Positions 62,280-64,000 of a stretch of DNA of 64,000 bases are shown one piece after another. The stretch comes from an uncultured Gammaproteobacteria bacterium (GTDB lineage: Bacteria; Pseudomonadota; Gammaproteobacteria; UBA9214). Within the stretch, counting starts at the first letter, position 1. Every line of letters starts with the position of its first letter. The position numbers were made by a program, and so were the translations under genes. The DNA is taken from positions 160,001 to 224,000 of the forward strand of contig CAVVHS010000007.1 in assembly GCA_963748215.1 (NCBI GenBank), in the 5' to 3' direction. Under the pieces are notes generated by a model. It made no database searches. It saw only the letters and a program-made list of their open reading frames with translations, and was not told the DNA's origin.

Positions 62280-62316
62280 CCCGTGATGCATTGCGTGAAC
62301 TCGTGTATGGACCCTG

Positions 62317-62496
62317 TCATTCACCGGCACGCTGGGCGTAATACATGACGTTCATCGCCTGCGGGACGTTGCCGGGCATGGCGGCGCGGTTGCGCGTCAG
62401 TGGCGCCATGATCGCGCGGTTCGGCAGGGCCAGGTCGCCCAGGCTGATGGGTGAGAACAGGTCGATATCCGTCGTGGCGTCCGGGCGGGTGGTCAT
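62317..62496 (-). pseudogene. N-terminal fragment of an Old Yellow Enzyme/NemA-type alkene reductase
   Basis: LFSPISLGDLALPNRAIMAPLTRNRA...YYAQRA then stop; 59 aa of a normally ~360-aa protein. Confidence 0.88.
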
Positions 62497-62616
62497 GCGG
62501 GTCTCCGTGGGGGTGAATAAAGCAGTCAGAGTGACTGTATGCCAGATAGTTCCCGTACGGCACGCCATCGGGAGATTGCTTCGCTTCTCTCGCAATGACG
62601 GAGTTGGCTCAATGAA

Positions 62617-63342
62617 TCAGAGGCTCCTTAGACTCAAGATAATTTGCGTCACGATCATGGTCAGCAGCGTCGAGGCCAGCGTGCCAATCAGGACATATTC
62701 GGCGAAAGGTCGTTCATCCATCTGGCGAAAACGCGCAAATCCCTTGGCGGCGATGATCAATGCAATCACATTGACGTTCTGACTGACAAACAAAACGCTA
62801 TACATCAGCCAGCGCTCCAGGATGCCGATGATCCGGCCGGCATTGTATTCCTCCTGGTCGATTTCTTTTCCCTCCGTCTTTGGAGCCAGTCCGAAGCGAT
62901 GGAAGAGGCTGCGAACAACCAGGTTGGCTTCGTTCGCGACCAGCAGAAAACCCAGCAGGAACCAAAGCCCGGTGCGAAGTTTGCCTGATACATCACCCGT
63001 ATTGAAATGATCATTCGCCAGCCACGTCAAACCCGCTTCCACCCAGGGTGCGGGTAACAATCTGTCCTGCAGTGCAATCGTCACGAACAGTATGACCAGA
63101 AAACCTGTAAAGCGACACTCGTTCAACCAGTCCCCGGGTAGCCATGACTCCGTCGACAGGAGAATGATTGCAAGCAGGGCGGCGATTACTGCGGACGGCC
63201 AACTGATCGAGAAAACCAGTAAAGTGAGCATGACCTGGAATACACCGACGATCATCAGTGTGCGCAGGGGCAGTCGCTCGTCATTAAACATGTAGACAAT
63301 GCGACTGAGTAATACGCCGTTCAGGAATAGCAATACGTCCAT
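62617..63342 (-). CDS. Membrane protein, DUF3307/SatE-like C-terminus
   Basis: Multiple TM helices; NAGRIIGILER...IIAAKGFARF...FAEYVLIGTLAS; 3 bp from the SatD gene. Confidence 0.75.
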   Translation of the reverse strand: MDVLLFLNGVLLSRIVYMFNDERLPLRTLMIVGVFQVMLTLLVFSISWPSAVIAALLAIILLSTESWLPGDWLNECRFTGFLVILFVTIALQDRLLPAPWVEAGLTWLANDHFNTGDVSGKLRTGLWFLLGFLLVANEANLVVRSLFHRFGLAPKTEGKEIDQEEYNAGRIIGILERWLMYSVLFVSQNVNVIALIIAAKGFARFRQMDERPFAEYVLIGTLASTLLTMIVTQIILSLRSL

Positions 63343-63345
63343 GGG

Positions 63346-63999
63346 CTAGCTCCCTGCCTGTTCGGTAACTGAATTTGCCTTCAGGAACCTGTTAAGGATA
63401 CCGGTCAATGCCTGCATATAGTCGATGACCGCATCCAGTTCCCCGGCATTGATATTCTTGTAAACCGCCTGCACGGAAATGCCCAGCTCCGCGGCAATGT
63501 CCTTCTTGTTTTTTACAGTCAGTAATCCGTGCAGGATCGCCAGGCGATTGGCATCCCATTTCAGAATTCTTTGATTGAGCAGGCGCAGAGAACTCCCGGT
63601 AAGGGCTGCCCAGTCGTCCGGCAGCCCCTCGAGACGAACCAGATTGCCGCTGTCTTTCAGCCGGCTCATGCCGTCGCGGGCCCGATAGAAGGCCGGGCCA
63701 TCCATGCCCAGGGCCTGTTCGGTATTCAGCTCGGTCGTGATCTCGCCCAGGCCCAGTGAGAATCGAACCCTGACCGGGTGCATGACGCGCAGGATCCGTA
63801 CCATGTCTTCGAATACCGGATCTGCCTTATCGAAGACGGCCTGGAATTCATCGCCAAGGGTCAGGGTATACGGTGAGACGGGTCGGGATGGCCGGGCGTT
63901 AAGGTCGTCCAACAGCGATTCGAGCTTTTGCTGGACACCCTTGCGGTCCTTTGCATCCCTGGATGCTACGATATCGCCGATGAGTACAAGGTAATGCAT
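63346..63999 (-). CDS. SatD-family protein (cyclase-like domain plus C-terminal HTH)
   Basis: LIGDIVAS, TLGDEFQ, RFSLGLG, MDGPAFYRAR, KDIAAELGISVQAV; start lies at the window edge. Confidence 0.85.
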   Translation of the reverse strand: MHYLVLIGDIVASRDAKDRKGVQQKLESLLDDLNARPSRPVSPYTLTLGDEFQAVFDKADPVFEDMVRILRVMHPVRVRFSLGLGEITTELNTEQALGMDGPAFYRARDGMSRLKDSGNLVRLEGLPDDWAALTGSSLRLLNQRILKWDANRLAILHGLLTVKNKKDIAAELGISVQAVYKNINAGELDAVIDYMQALTGILNRFLKANSVTEQAGS

Positions 64000-64000
64000 C

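Noticed and set aside
46966-62300. Classical integron cassette array
   Set aside because: No intI in the window, no convincing RYYYAAC...GTTRRRY attC stems after the stops, and genes lie in both orientations; an IntegronFinder run would settle it

Overview
GC-rich (roughly 60-65% by eye) bacterial DNA, most likely a free-living gammaproteobacterium; this is inferred from gene content only. About 60 CDS; I saw no rRNA, tRNA, CRISPR-cas or intact transposase/integrase. The first ~46 kb holds ordinary metabolic and envelope genes: TlpA, EamA, YgiQ radical SAM, ppnN, an XdhC-MocA-IorAB-type molybdoenzyme operon, patatin, three Slp lipoproteins, higBA, rubrerythrin and three GGDEF-EAL hybrids. Many of its intergenic spaces hold GTAG-type REP doublets and modular REP mosaics, including tandem arrays with 101-, 212- and 68-bp periods. 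From ~46.9 kb to the end the window becomes a patchwork of unrelated one-gene modules (MazG-like, DUF1353, HNH, two NERD nucleases, DsbB, sodC, an atypical ClpX-like ATPase, SatD plus a membrane protein) and gene fragments (sodC 3' end, Lhr, NemA). These are separated by short inverted-repeat sites starting GGGG(T/A)CAG. The two strongest candidates for something undescribed are (1) this IR-punctuated, cassette-like gene array with no integron integrase or attC, and (2) a membrane HAMP-GGDEF-EAL protein carrying an in-frame, catalytically degenerate IS6-transposase-derived C-terminal domain. Family assignments are by motif recognition from memory; no database search was run.
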